Source: a bacterium
GTDB taxonomy: Bacteria; DRYD01
Assembly: GCA_030549815.1 (NCBI GenBank)
Contig: JAUQQQ010000001.1
Location: 90,873-154,872, forward strand
DNA length: 64,000 nucleotides
Direction: 5' to 3'
Shown here: positions 31,015 through 40,540 of the stretch, piece after piece
How positions within the stretch are numbered: the first letter of the stretch is position 1
How the letters are laid out: every line of letters begins with the position of its first letter
The notes under the pieces: generated by a model
What the model saw: only the letters and a program-made list of their open reading frames with translations
What the model was told of the DNA's origin: nothing
The model's database searches: none
Program-made: the position numbers and the translations under genes

Positions 31015-31404
31015 TTACTTTTCTCCATAGAAATCATTAAAAATCATATCTTGAATTTTTTTAGCCTCACTTTCATCTTTACCAACAGCATGAAGTAAAG
31101 AATGGATTAATACAAGTGACAATTCTTTATAGAATGGATGCTTTATCTTTTTTGCATTTTGTCTAATAATATCCAAACACAAATATATTTGCACAGAATC
31201 ATCATAAATCAATGTTATAGTGTCTGTAAACACATTAATACCCCATATTTGTTTTTTTAATCTTCTTATAGTTCGTGGTTCAACAAAGTCAATTATAACT
31301 ATTTTTTGAATAGGAAAGTAATTCTTAAAAAATCTAAAAACCTTACTACAAATACTTTTTATTTTTGAGTTTTTTGTATTAACTATAAGCTGTTTTTTTG
31401 GCAT
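31015..31404 (-). CDS. ybeY: rRNA maturation endoribonuclease YbeY
   Basis: The H..LH..G.D motif is HSLLHAVGKDE. The position between the 7TM-HD gene and dgkA matches the conserved Firmicutes/Thermotogae arrangement. Confidence 0.75.
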   Translation of the reverse strand: MPKKQLIVNTKNSKIKSICSKVFRFFKNYFPIQKIVIIDFVEPRTIRRLKKQIWGINVFTDTITLIYDDSVQIYLCLDIIRQNAKKIKHPFYKELSLVLIHSLLHAVGKDESEAKKIQDMIFNDFYGEK

Positions 31405-33493
31405 ACTTAGGGTAATTAATTCTGGTATGATAAGATATATAAAGATTCTTTATTAATGTGTCCTTTATAATACTTAATTCTTTAAAAGTAAGATCAACAT
31501 CAGAGAATTGTCCCTCTTGTTGTAGCCTACTAATAATATTTTCAGTTAATTTTTCAATAGAAGAAAAAGAGTATTCAGATAGAGTTCTAGATGCAGCTTC
31601 AACACTATCACAAATCATAAGAATAACCATTTCTTTAGTATATGGTTTTGGCCCAGGATATTTAAAATCCTCCTCTCTTACATCAAACGAATATTTTTTA
31701 GCAGTATTTTGTAATTTTTTTGCTTTGACAAAGAAATAGAGAATAGTAGTAGTTCCATGATGAGTTTTTATAAATTCTGATATTATAGGTGGTAAATTGT
31801 ATCTTTGGGCAATTTTTACTCCTTCAGAAACATGAGCCTTGATTATCGAAGCACTTAGAAAAGGTTCTTTTTCATCATGGGGATTTTTTTCTCCCTCAAC
31901 CAAATTTTCGACAAAATATTTTGGTCTTAACATTTTTCCTATATCGTGATATAGAGCACCAATTTTAACAAGTATAGGATTAGCCCCGATCGCCAAAGCA
32001 CATGATTCAGATAATTCTGACACTCTTAAACTGTGATTAAAAGTTCCAGGTGCAGCTTTAGAAAATTCAGATAAAAGGGGATTATTCAAATCTAACAACC
32101 ACCTCATCCTATTTATTCCTATACCTTCAATACCAACACCCGCTAATAATACAAAAAAGTAAGTAAGAATAAACGAAAACATAACTGAGACAATAGAGAA
32201 AGAAAAATAAACTACAAAATTATCTATTAACTTAAGTAAAAACATAAATGAAAACTCCACAATAAAAAATATTATTACCCACAACATAAAACCAATATCC
32301 AACCTATTCAAAAGAATACCTAACCTATTATTTTCATTTTTATAAACAAAATAAAAGAAGAATAAAAAAGTGATAACAAAAAATAAAAGTAGATCATAAG
32401 AAAGTATATTACCAAAAATTTGATAATAAGCAATATTATATAAAATTAGGGAACATATAAAAACTATAGAATATAAAACAAAACCACCCACAAAGAAAGC
32501 AAAGAAAAAAGTTGTCCAAAAAGGAATTAAATAAAAAAATGGCTTATCAATCAAAACAATAAAAATTAAACTAAAAAACAGCAAAAAACTAAGATAGTAA
32601 ATCTCTATATTGCTTACTTTTATCTTAATCGAATAAATAAACGATAAAAATAAGAAGAAGAAAATAGAAACAAAAATAGAAGATAAAAGAAACTTTTGTC
32701 TATAATAATCCTTTGTTTTAGTTTCATTTATTATCTTGAAAGCTTCATCACTAATATTTTGTCCCTTTTTAACTATAACAGATCCCTTTTTTAAACTATA
32801 AATCCTGGGTATCTTATTAATCATTTCAATATGTTTTTCTAAAGTTTTTGTAATATTTACAAATTTATTTGGTAATATTAACTTTGCTAAGTTAAGAATA
32901 ACTGCTTCTTTGTATTTTTGCAAGTATTTACTATTTTTTGCTTCTTTTAGATATATATCCAATTGTTCTTCAATTTTTGATAAAATAAAAGGGATTTCAG
33001 ACAAAGTAATTCCTTTTTTATATTCTATTTCCAACATTTCTAATACTATCCTTCGAATTAATTCTATATCTTCCACATTAATTTCTTTCAATAGTTTTAA
33101 GTCCCCTACATTTTGATTATTTTCCAATATTTTAACTTTTTGATTACTCTTTACTTTTTTTAACAATTCAATTTGGAAATCAAAAAAATTATTTACATCA
33201 TAAATAACTTTTTCTGCGATATTATTATCAATATCGTACTCCTTTATTTTATAAACATCTTGAATCTTTTCTAAATATTGCTTTTCATCTATAACTCCCT
33301 CATAATCTTTGAATAATACAATATTAAATTTGGCTATAGAATTAGGTTTTATATCAAAGAAAAGAAGAAGGTAAAAATAGTAAATAATTCCAGAAATAAA
33401 TGAAATTAAAATAATATTTCTTAATATAGGGAGTTTAGCTTTATAAATAGCTATACGATTCTTAATTTTAGAAAATAAATTGAGAAAATACAT
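31379..33493 (-). CDS. 7TM receptor with intracellular HD hydrolase (PgpH/YqfF-like)
   Basis: An N-terminal extracellular region is followed by a 7TM block and a C-terminal HD domain (LYHDIGKM). Synteny with ybeY and dgkA. Confidence 0.8.
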   Translation of the reverse strand: MYFLNLFSKIKNRIAIYKAKLPILRNIILISFISGIIYYFYLLLFFDIKPNSIAKFNIVLFKDYEGVIDEKQYLEKIQDVYKIKEYDIDNNIAEKVIYDVNNFFDFQIELLKKVKSNQKVKILENNQNVGDLKLLKEINVEDIELIRRIVLEMLEIEYKKGITLSEIPFILSKIEEQLDIYLKEAKNSKYLQKYKEAVILNLAKLILPNKFVNITKTLEKHIEMINKIPRIYSLKKGSVIVKKGQNISDEAFKIINETKTKDYYRQKFLLSSIFVSIFFFLFLSFIYSIKIKVSNIEIYYLSFLLFFSLIFIVLIDKPFFYLIPFWTTFFFAFFVGGFVLYSIVFICSLILYNIAYYQIFGNILSYDLLLFFVITFLFFFYFVYKNENNRLGILLNRLDIGFMLWVIIFFIVEFSFMFLLKLIDNFVVYFSFSIVSVMFSFILTYFFVLLAGVGIEGIGINRMRWLLDLNNPLLSEFSKAAPGTFNHSLRVSELSESCALAIGANPILVKIGALYHDIGKMLRPKYFVENLVEGEKNPHDEKEPFLSASIIKAHVSEGVKIAQRYNLPPIISEFIKTHHGTTTILYFFVKAKKLQNTAKKYSFDVREEDFKYPGPKPYTKEMVILMICDSVEAASRTLSEYSFSSIEKLTENIISRLQQEGQFSDVDLTFKELSIIKDTLIKNLYISYHTRINYPKYAKKTAYS

Positions 33494-33501
33494 TCAATTA
33501 A

Positions 33502-34380
33502 CTATTTCAAAGCCTCTACTCCAGCAGAAATTTCTAACAATTCCTTAGTTATCGATTCTTGTCTTTGTTTAAAGAATAGCAATTTCAAATCTTTTATTAA
33601 TTTTTCGGCATTATCTGTTGCAGTATTCATTGCAGAAAACCGAGCACTAAACTCAGACAGTTTTGCCTCAACCAATAACTTGTATATCAAACTATCAACA
33701 TATAACTCTATTATATAATTTCCTATTACTTCTAAAGAAGGTTCAAATAAAAAATGATCAACAGTTTTCTCGATTTTCTCTTTATCATCACTTTTAAGAT
33801 TCAAAAGGGGTAAAACTTTTTCTACATCAGGTTGATAACGAATAGAATTAATAAACTTTGTATACACAACTTCAACAGAATTAGCATCCTTATTATCCTT
33901 ATAAGCACTGATAACAAATTCATTTATTTTCCTACAAAATTCAAAAGTAGGCACATCAGGTATCTTCTCAAAATTACCCAATATAGTATAATTTCTTTTA
34001 GAAAAGTAAAAATAAGCTTTTTTACCAACCGTTATTAGCTTTACTTTATTCTTATTATACTTTTTTTCAAAGAAATTAAAAAGATTAGTATTATAAGCAC
34101 CACATAATCCTTTGTCAGATGAAATAATCACAACGATTGTTTTATCTGCATTTCTCTCTTTAAAATATTCTAAACTATTCATCATTATCAGAAAATCATG
34201 GTTTCTTAGTAATAGGTTCAATATTTCTTTAATAGAACTAAGGTAGGTTTTAAAAGGGAAAAAAGTTTTTTGAATTTTTTTCAATTTTATACTGGCGATT
34301 AATTTCATTGCTTTTGTAATTTGACGAATATTGTTAGCAGCCTTTATTCTATTTTTTATTTCTTTCAAAGCCATTGACAT
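33502..34380 (-). CDS. atpG: F-type ATP synthase gamma subunit
   Basis: The N-terminus LKEIKNRIKAANNIRQITKAMKLIASIKL and the C-terminus SAMNTATDNAEKLI...ITKELLEISAGVEAL align with AtpG. Confidence 0.85.
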   Translation of the reverse strand: MSMALKEIKNRIKAANNIRQITKAMKLIASIKLKKIQKTFFPFKTYLSSIKEILNLLLRNHDFLIMMNSLEYFKERNADKTIVVIISSDKGLCGAYNTNLFNFFEKKYNKNKVKLITVGKKAYFYFSKRNYTILGNFEKIPDVPTFEFCRKINEFVISAYKDNKDANSVEVVYTKFINSIRYQPDVEKVLPLLNLKSDDKEKIEKTVDHFLFEPSLEVIGNYIIELYVDSLIYKLLVEAKLSEFSARFSAMNTATDNAEKLIKDLKLLFFKQRQESITKELLEISAGVEALK

Positions 34381-34383
34381 AAA

Positions 34384-34896
34384 TCAATCACCTGCTTCCT
34401 TTATTTCTTTTGCTTTATCAATTATTAATACACCCTGGGTATGGTCATATTCATGCTGAAAAACAATAGCTCTTAATTGATCCAACTCTTCAATAATTTC
34501 ATTTCCATAAACATCCAAATATTTAACTTTTATTCTTTTACTTCTTTCAACTAAGCATTCTATGTTAGGAATACTCAAACATCCCTCCCATCCCTCTTCC
34601 TTTTCTTGTGAATAATCCAATATTTGAGGATTAATATACACAATAACTTCACTTAGAGAATCATTCTTATCAAAACCTTCTTTTTCAAAGTCTTTTTTTA
34701 TTATAAAAACTTTCTTAGGTACTCCGAGTTGAATAGCTGACAATCCTATACCATCATAGTCATCCATTACTTTAGCCATAATCTTCAAAAATTCGATAAA
34801 TTCTTTCTTTTTAATTTCAGAAATCTTTACTTCTTTAGATTTCTGTCTTAGTAAAGGATTGGGAACTGTTATTAAATCAATTTTATTCCTAACCAT
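34384..34896 (-). CDS. def: Peptide deformylase
   Basis: Motifs GIGLSAIQLG, EGCLSIP and QHEYDH. Confidence 0.9.
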   Translation of the reverse strand: MVRNKIDLITVPNPLLRQKSKEVKISEIKKKEFIEFLKIMAKVMDDYDGIGLSAIQLGVPKKVFIIKKDFEKEGFDKNDSLSEVIVYINPQILDYSQEKEEGWEGCLSIPNIECLVERSKRIKVKYLDVYGNEIIEELDQLRAIVFQHEYDHTQGVLIIDKAKEIKEAGD

Positions 34897-35660
34897 TTGT
34901 TTATGAGGATATCAAACATTTGGATTGCCAATGATATTCTTGCCATAACAGTATATCCAAAAGCCACACCAAAAGCTATCATTAAAAACATAATACCTAT
35001 TCTCACTATATAATTCACGCCTCCCTTAAACTCAGTAGAAAAATAGAAATACAATAAACTACTCAAAACTCCTATTATTATTAGCAAATCAGATATAGTT
35101 GTCCACCAATCCAAACCTTTTTCGTTGAAATAAATAAACGGTGCTATCGTAGAGCTTATTTGCTTAATGACATCGGCAATACCTATGGAATAAATTGTAA
35201 TACCAGCAGTAACTCCAACCATAAAAGCAATAGGTATTCTACTTACCCAACCTATTGAAGGAACCAATTTAAGTAAAACCATAATTCCTAGTAGTGCAGG
35301 TATTAGAATATTTAATATACTAAAAATATTAACGTTAGCAAATCCAAATTCCAGAGATTTACTAACTGCAAAAGGTAAATCAACATTAAAAATAACCAAT
35401 GGATTTACCTGATTACTTATCATTTCACTACGTATAGAATTAGAAATAATTATATTGGAAAAAGCTTGGAAAACATTAGGGTATATGAAGCTCCAATAAG
35501 TAAGAACAAACCAATATCCTGCAGAAACTCCTACAAACAGATGCTCCGCTATTTTATAGTAAAAATTATCTCTATAAAGAAAACTATAAATCGCAAGTAT
35601 TAAAAGAGAAGAAACCCATACTAATATATCATTCGATATATTAAAAATTATACCCATCAA
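34872..35660 (-). CDS. Hypothetical polytopic membrane protein
   Basis: Six or more predicted TM helices. No catalytic motif recognised. Confidence 0.5.
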   Translation of the reverse strand: MMGIIFNISNDILVWVSSLLILAIYSFLYRDNFYYKIAEHLFVGVSAGYWFVLTYWSFIYPNVFQAFSNIIISNSIRSEMISNQVNPLVIFNVDLPFAVSKSLEFGFANVNIFSILNILIPALLGIMVLLKLVPSIGWVSRIPIAFMVGVTAGITIYSIGIADVIKQISSTIAPFIYFNEKGLDWWTTISDLLIIIGVLSSLLYFYFSTEFKGGVNYIVRIGIMFLMIAFGVAFGYTVMARISLAIQMFDILINKWLGIKLI

Positions 35661-35705
35661 TTATACTATTTAACATTATTAACCAAAACCCTGTTTATTT
35701 TAAGA

Positions 35706-37445
35706 TCAAGATTTGGATTGTAATAAAGACTTATCTTGCTCTATAATTTTTCCGTCCTGGATAGTAAATACCCTATCAACTTCTTTTATCACATCTATTG
35801 TGTGAGAAATTATTATAACTGTTTTATCCTTAAAATAAGTAAATATAGATTTAACTATTTTTTCCGTATTGATTTTATCGAGAGCAGATGTAGGTTCATC
35901 AAGAATAACAATGGGAGAATCTTTTAGGAAAAGTCGAGCCAAAGCTATCCTTTGTCTTTGTCCTCCTGACAAACCTTTCCCATCTTCCATAACAACATAG
36001 TTATATCCCTCTTTTTTTGACATTATTTCGTCATGTATTTCAGCTTTCTTGCAAGCTTCAACAATTTCATCCATAGAAGCTCCCTGCTTAGAATATTCTA
36101 TATTTTTAAAAATACTATCATTAAAAAGATAGATTTCCTGTGTTAAAATAGAAATATTTTTTCTAAGAATATTTGGGTTTATTTTTTCTATATCAATATC
36201 ATCGATATATATTTTACCTTCAATAGGTTTATAGAATTTTACGAGCAAAGAAATAAGAGTGCTTTTACCTATGCCACTTTTACCAATAATAGCAACCTTT
36301 TGCCCAGGATAAATAGTAAAACTAACTTTATCCAGAATTTTATTTTCATCATATCCAAAACTAACAGAATCAAATGTTATCTTTCCCCTAAAAACTATGT
36401 CCTGATTGTATTCATAAAGTGAATTATCAAATTCATTAATATTCAAAGAAGATAATGTTTTCATAAACTCCTTTATATATCCAAAAATAACACGAGTATT
36501 AAAAAGAGAAGCAGAAAGGTTAGTAATAGGAGAAACAGAGATAGCAACATATCCCCAGTAAGCTATAACATCAAAAGGTTTTAAAACACCCTTTATAACA
36601 AGATACCCACTATACCATGTTATAACAATCAAAGACAAAGATGCAACGAATTCTGCAGCAGGTTTTTGCAACATTGAAATCCTGGCTAACCTCAATTGTA
36701 GATTTTTATACTCATCAATTAGTTTAAAAACTCTTTGTTTTTCAAACTCTTCTCGATTAAACACTTTTACCACTCTCATATACCTAAATACTTCATTCAT
36801 TCCAGTAATAAGATGAGAAATCTTTTGTTGAATTAATTCAGCTATATTTTCAACTTTTTTAAAAAAGTGTTTTAAAACAAAAGTTAAAGCGGGTAATGTA
36901 AAAATAGTCATAAAGCCAAGTGTTACATCTTTATAGAAAATCCAAGATAGAGAAAAAATAAGGGTTATAATACTATTAATATAACCAATTATCAATCCAG
37001 GTAAATCAGAAACAATAGCAGCAATATTAGAAATAACAACAGACACTAAATGTCCACTATGATTTCTTTCAAGAACATAAACAGGTTGTTTAAAAACGAT
37101 TTCTATAAATTCCTTTCTTTTTTCTGTCAATACCTCCTGAGAAGCTTTTGCCAATAAATAACCTTGAAAATACTGGGAAACACCTCTTATTAGAAACAAA
37201 AGAATACCTCCCAAAACAATTAAATTCAGAAGCCAAATACTTTTTTCAGAATTTATCAATTCAAATAATTTAGCCAGAATTAAAGGCTGAATAACAGTGG
37301 TAAAATTGAATAATAAAGTAAAGAATAAAATGAGCCAGATATACTTCCATGGTGGTTTTATTTTTTTTACAAAATTTTTTACATCTTCATCGAAACCAAG
37401 ATCTTGCAGAAATTTTTTCCAAAACGGATTAACCTTTTTTAGCAT
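35706..37445 (-). CDS. ABC transporter permease/ATP-binding protein (MsbA-like exporter)
   Basis: N-terminal 6-TM domain. Walker A GKSGIGKST, ABC signature LSGGQRQRIALARL and Walker B ILDEPTSALD. Confidence 0.9.
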   Translation of the reverse strand: MLKKVNPFWKKFLQDLGFDEDVKNFVKKIKPPWKYIWLILFFTLLFNFTTVIQPLILAKLFELINSEKSIWLLNLIVLGGILLFLIRGVSQYFQGYLLAKASQEVLTEKRKEFIEIVFKQPVYVLERNHSGHLVSVVISNIAAIVSDLPGLIIGYINSIITLIFSLSWIFYKDVTLGFMTIFTLPALTFVLKHFFKKVENIAELIQQKISHLITGMNEVFRYMRVVKVFNREEFEKQRVFKLIDEYKNLQLRLARISMLQKPAAEFVASLSLIVITWYSGYLVIKGVLKPFDVIAYWGYVAISVSPITNLSASLFNTRVIFGYIKEFMKTLSSLNINEFDNSLYEYNQDIVFRGKITFDSVSFGYDENKILDKVSFTIYPGQKVAIIGKSGIGKSTLISLLVKFYKPIEGKIYIDDIDIEKINPNILRKNISILTQEIYLFNDSIFKNIEYSKQGASMDEIVEACKKAEIHDEIMSKKEGYNYVVMEDGKGLSGGQRQRIALARLFLKDSPIVILDEPTSALDKINTEKIVKSIFTYFKDKTVIIISHTIDVIKEVDRVFTIQDGKIIEQDKSLLQSKS

Positions 37446-37516
37446 TTTATTCTTGAGAGTTTCTCCTTATATAATTTTAAGATTTTATACTTTAACCTTT
37501 CAAAATTAATAAAAAA

Positions 37517-37547
37517 ATAAAGGGGAGGTAATCCTCCCCTTCAGATT
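37517..37547 (-). terminator. Rho-independent terminator downstream of hup
   Basis: aaaggggaggtaatcctcccctt is a perfect 7-bp G/C stem. It is followed (minus strand) by a T-run. Confidence 0.7.
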
Positions 37548-37569
37548 CATCGTAAATAAAAAGTAACCG

Positions 37570-37887
37570 TTATACAGATTCTTTCATTCTTTTACCAACT
37601 TTGAAAACAGGGACTTTTCTTGCTGGTATGTTTATTTCTTGTCCAGTTCTTGGGTTTCTTCCTTTTCTTGAAGATCTTTGTCTAACTTCCCAGCTTCCAT
37701 ATGGAACCAATTGAACTTTGTGTCCTTTTTTGAGGAATTCGACTACAGTTTCTAAGAAAGCTTTTAATAAGGTTTCTGTTTCTTTCTTAGTTACTTGCAT
37801 TCCCTTATTCTTTTCGACCCACTTAACCATTGCTTCTACTAATTCCTTCTTGCTGACGACTTTTGGAGCTGTCTTTCCTTTTGGCAT
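37570..37887 (-). CDS. hup: DNA-binding protein HU (with short N-terminal Lys-rich extension)
   Basis: KKELVEAM...VQLVPYGSWEVRQRSSRKGRNPRTGQEINIPARKVPVFKVGKRMKE matches the HU arm/body consensus (GFGSFEVR..ARKGRNPQTGE.I.IPA..VP.FK.GK). Confidence 0.9.
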   Translation of the reverse strand: MPKGKTAPKVVSKKELVEAMVKWVEKNKGMQVTKKETETLLKAFLETVVEFLKKGHKVQLVPYGSWEVRQRSSRKGRNPRTGQEINIPARKVPVFKVGKRMKESV

Positions 37888-38246
37888 CTACCTTTCACCT
37901 CCTATATAGTAGTACTTTACTTACAATATAAGTATTAAATAAACTATCTTTTACTCCTTCTTTTAAAAATCTAAAAATTCAAAAAATTAAGAAAGAAATT
38001 TTAGAAAACTCCAGATTTCCTAAAATATACCTTCCATTAATTTAGTATTTTCAATATTTCGTGAAAACAAAATTTTATCAAAAAAATCAATGTAAAAAAA
38101 TATCATTAAAAATATTGCTCTTTATCAATAATTTTTCCTATATAAAAATTTTATTCCCCTTAATCAAAAATATTCTTTTTATGAAGGAATTTTACAATAA
38201 ATCCAAAAAACTACTATTGAATAGATAGTAAAAGGAGAAAACAAAA

Positions 38247-38702
38247 ATGTCAGAAAAAAGGACTTCTATAACAGAACATTTTTCTAACATACTTCATTAC
38301 CTTCAAAAAGTAGATGAAGAAATAAAAAACAATCAAAAAATAGAGGAAATAAGAGAAAAATACAAACTAAAAGAATTAGAAGAAGGAATTAGAACAGATA
38401 TAGAACAAATAGAAGAAATGCTACAAGAGACTTTAGAAAAAAAAGAAGATGATGAAAACAATGAAAATTTGAGTGAAGAAGTAAAAAATGTCATATTAGC
38501 AATGGATGAAGCTGCTATCGACATACATGAACATTTTCTTAACATAGCACAACTTTTTTTAGAATATATCAATAATTTTAATAGTGAAATCTTAGAATCG
38601 ATAAAAGAAAAAATTAATGAAGGAGTAATAAAATTAGAAGAAATGCAAGAAATAAACAAAAAGTTAGAAGAAATTATCAATTACAAAAAATATGAAGCAT
38701 AA
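38247..38702 (+). CDS. Hypothetical acidic coiled-coil protein
   Basis: 151 aa, E/K-rich and helical. Overlaps the ruvC start by 11 nt. Confidence 0.4.
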   Translation: MSEKRTSITEHFSNILHYLQKVDEEIKNNQKIEEIREKYKLKELEEGIRTDIEQIEEMLQETLEKKEDDENNENLSEEVKNVILAMDEAAIDIHEHFLNIAQLFLEYINNFNSEILESIKEKINEGVIKLEEMQEINKKLEEIINYKKYEA

Positions 38703-39201
38703 AGAAGAAATAGTAATAGGTATAGATGCAGGAACAACAAGAGTAGGTTTTGCAATATTAAAAAAAACAAACAAGAAAAAGCTGGAACCTAAATTAATAG
38801 AATATGGATTGATGCCTATAAATTCAAATGAACAAAGTAAAAGAATAAAAGAAATTTATGAATATACAAAAAAACTAATAAAAAAATACAAACCACAAAC
38901 TGTAATCGTCGAAAGATTATATTACTATATGAATAAAAAAACTGCCTTTGAAGTAAGTCAAGCAATAGGAGTAATAAATTTGGCTTGCACTCAAAATAAA
39001 ATTCCATTATTCCTCATAAATCCCAGTCAAGTAAAAAAAATAATAACTAATAAAGGAAATGCTAACAAAAAGGAAATACAAGAAGAAATTTTGAATTTTT
39101 TTAATGGACAAATAAAAATGGAAAAGAAAACAATAATAGACGATATAACAGATGCAATCGCTATAGCTTTATCTTTCTTAAAAATAAACAAAAATGCTTA
39201 A
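38692..39201 (+). CDS. ruvC: Crossover junction endodeoxyribonuclease RuvC
   Basis: IVIGIDAGTTRVGFAIL is the RuvC N-terminal Asp motif. DDITDAIAIALSF is the C-terminal catalytic Asp motif. Confidence 0.8.
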   Translation: MKHKEEIVIGIDAGTTRVGFAILKKTNKKKLEPKLIEYGLMPINSNEQSKRIKEIYEYTKKLIKKYKPQTVIVERLYYYMNKKTAFEVSQAIGVINLACTQNKIPLFLINPSQVKKIITNKGNANKKEIQEEILNFFNGQIKMEKKTIIDDITDAIAIALSFLKINKNA

Positions 39202-40537
39202 CTGTAATTTAAGAATCCCTACCCTATTCATCTTATTTATATTATCCTTATCATTTTGTAAAATAACTCCAATAAACCCATCTCAACCAAATATCTTACC
39301 ATCAATTACAAAAAAAATAGACAAAAAAGTAATTAAAGTAATCGTATTAGAAATATCCGGTCCTATAACACCTGCAACTACTTGGTATTTAAACAATAAA
39401 TTCGAAAAATGCAAAAATAAAGACATTGATTTTTACTTAATAACAATAGACAGTGAAGGTGGATTATTGTCATCAATGACAGAAATAATAAAACTTTTTT
39501 ATAACTCGAATCATCCTATAATAACCTATGTTTATCCAAAGGGAAGCAGAGCAGCCTCAGCGGCAATGTTTATCCTAATAGGAGGTCATGTAGCAGTAAT
39601 GTCAGAATCAACAAATACAGGAGCTTCCACACCATTGGTCCAAGATCCCACACTTCAAAATAAAGTTATTCAAGATCTATTAGCTTTTACAAGAAACTTA
39701 TGTCAAAGAAGAAATAAAAACTACGAAGCAATAAAAGAAACTATTACTAATTCAGTGAGCTATACAGAAAAAGAAGCATTGACCAAAAATATAATAGATT
39801 TTATAGCAAAGGACCCTAATGAAATATTTGAAAAAATAAAGAACAAACAAATAAACTTGGATACCCAAGTAGCAATAAAATTAGTTAATTTTGAAAGGAT
39901 AGAATACATCAAAGAGTCTACAAACATGATAGAGAAGTTCTTTCTTTTTATCTCTAATCCTTCCATTGCTTATTTTCTTTTAACTATTGGCTTTTGGGCA
40001 ATAATTATTGAATTGAACAATCCAGGGCTACTTGTTCCTCTAATTGTAGGTATAATCTGTTTAAGTTTGGGATTATTTGGTTTAGGAATTATATCAGCTA
40101 ACATACTTGGTATAATCCTGGTAATTTTCTCATTTATCGTAATGTTATTAGAGCTTAAATTTCAATCTCATGGAATTCTTTTTATAGTTGGTTTAATAAC
40201 TTTCCTTCTTGGTTCGGTCATGTTATTCAAAAAAACTGATATTTATTATCCTTTACCAATAGGAATAATAACAATAACCACATTGATGATTTTATTAATT
40301 TTTGGATATATAATTTACTCTGTGTTTTCAGTAAAAAAAGTTCAGATAAATTTTGTTTCTGATACTGGAAAAGTGGTTGATATAAAGGGTAATAGTTTAT
40401 TCATTAATGTTGATGGTGTATTATGGGAAGGAATTCCGATTAATCCCAATACAACTTTTGAAATTAATGAAGAAGTAAAAATAAAAAAAATAGAAGATTT
40501 AAGGTTAATAATTGATAAAATTGATAAAAAGGAATAA
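39194..40537 (+). CDS. NfeD-like membrane-bound ClpP-class serine protease
   Basis: A signal/TM N-terminus is followed by a ClpP/crotonase-fold region (DSEGGLLSSMTEI...GSRAASAAMFIL) and a multi-TM segment. The C-terminal domain is OB-fold-like. Confidence 0.75.
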   Translation: MLNCNLRIPTLFILFILSLSFCKITPINPSQPNILPSITKKIDKKVIKVIVLEISGPITPATTWYLNNKFEKCKNKDIDFYLITIDSEGGLLSSMTEIIKLFYNSNHPIITYVYPKGSRAASAAMFILIGGHVAVMSESTNTGASTPLVQDPTLQNKVIQDLLAFTRNLCQRRNKNYEAIKETITNSVSYTEKEALTKNIIDFIAKDPNEIFEKIKNKQINLDTQVAIKLVNFERIEYIKESTNMIEKFFLFISNPSIAYFLLTIGFWAIIIELNNPGLLVPLIVGIICLSLGLFGLGIISANILGIILVIFSFIVMLLELKFQSHGILFIVGLITFLLGSVMLFKKTDIYYPLPIGIITITTLMILLIFGYIIYSVFSVKKVQINFVSDTGKVVDIKGNSLFINVDGVLWEGIPINPNTTFEINEEVKIKKIEDLRLIIDKIDKKE

Positions 40538-40540
40538 AGA

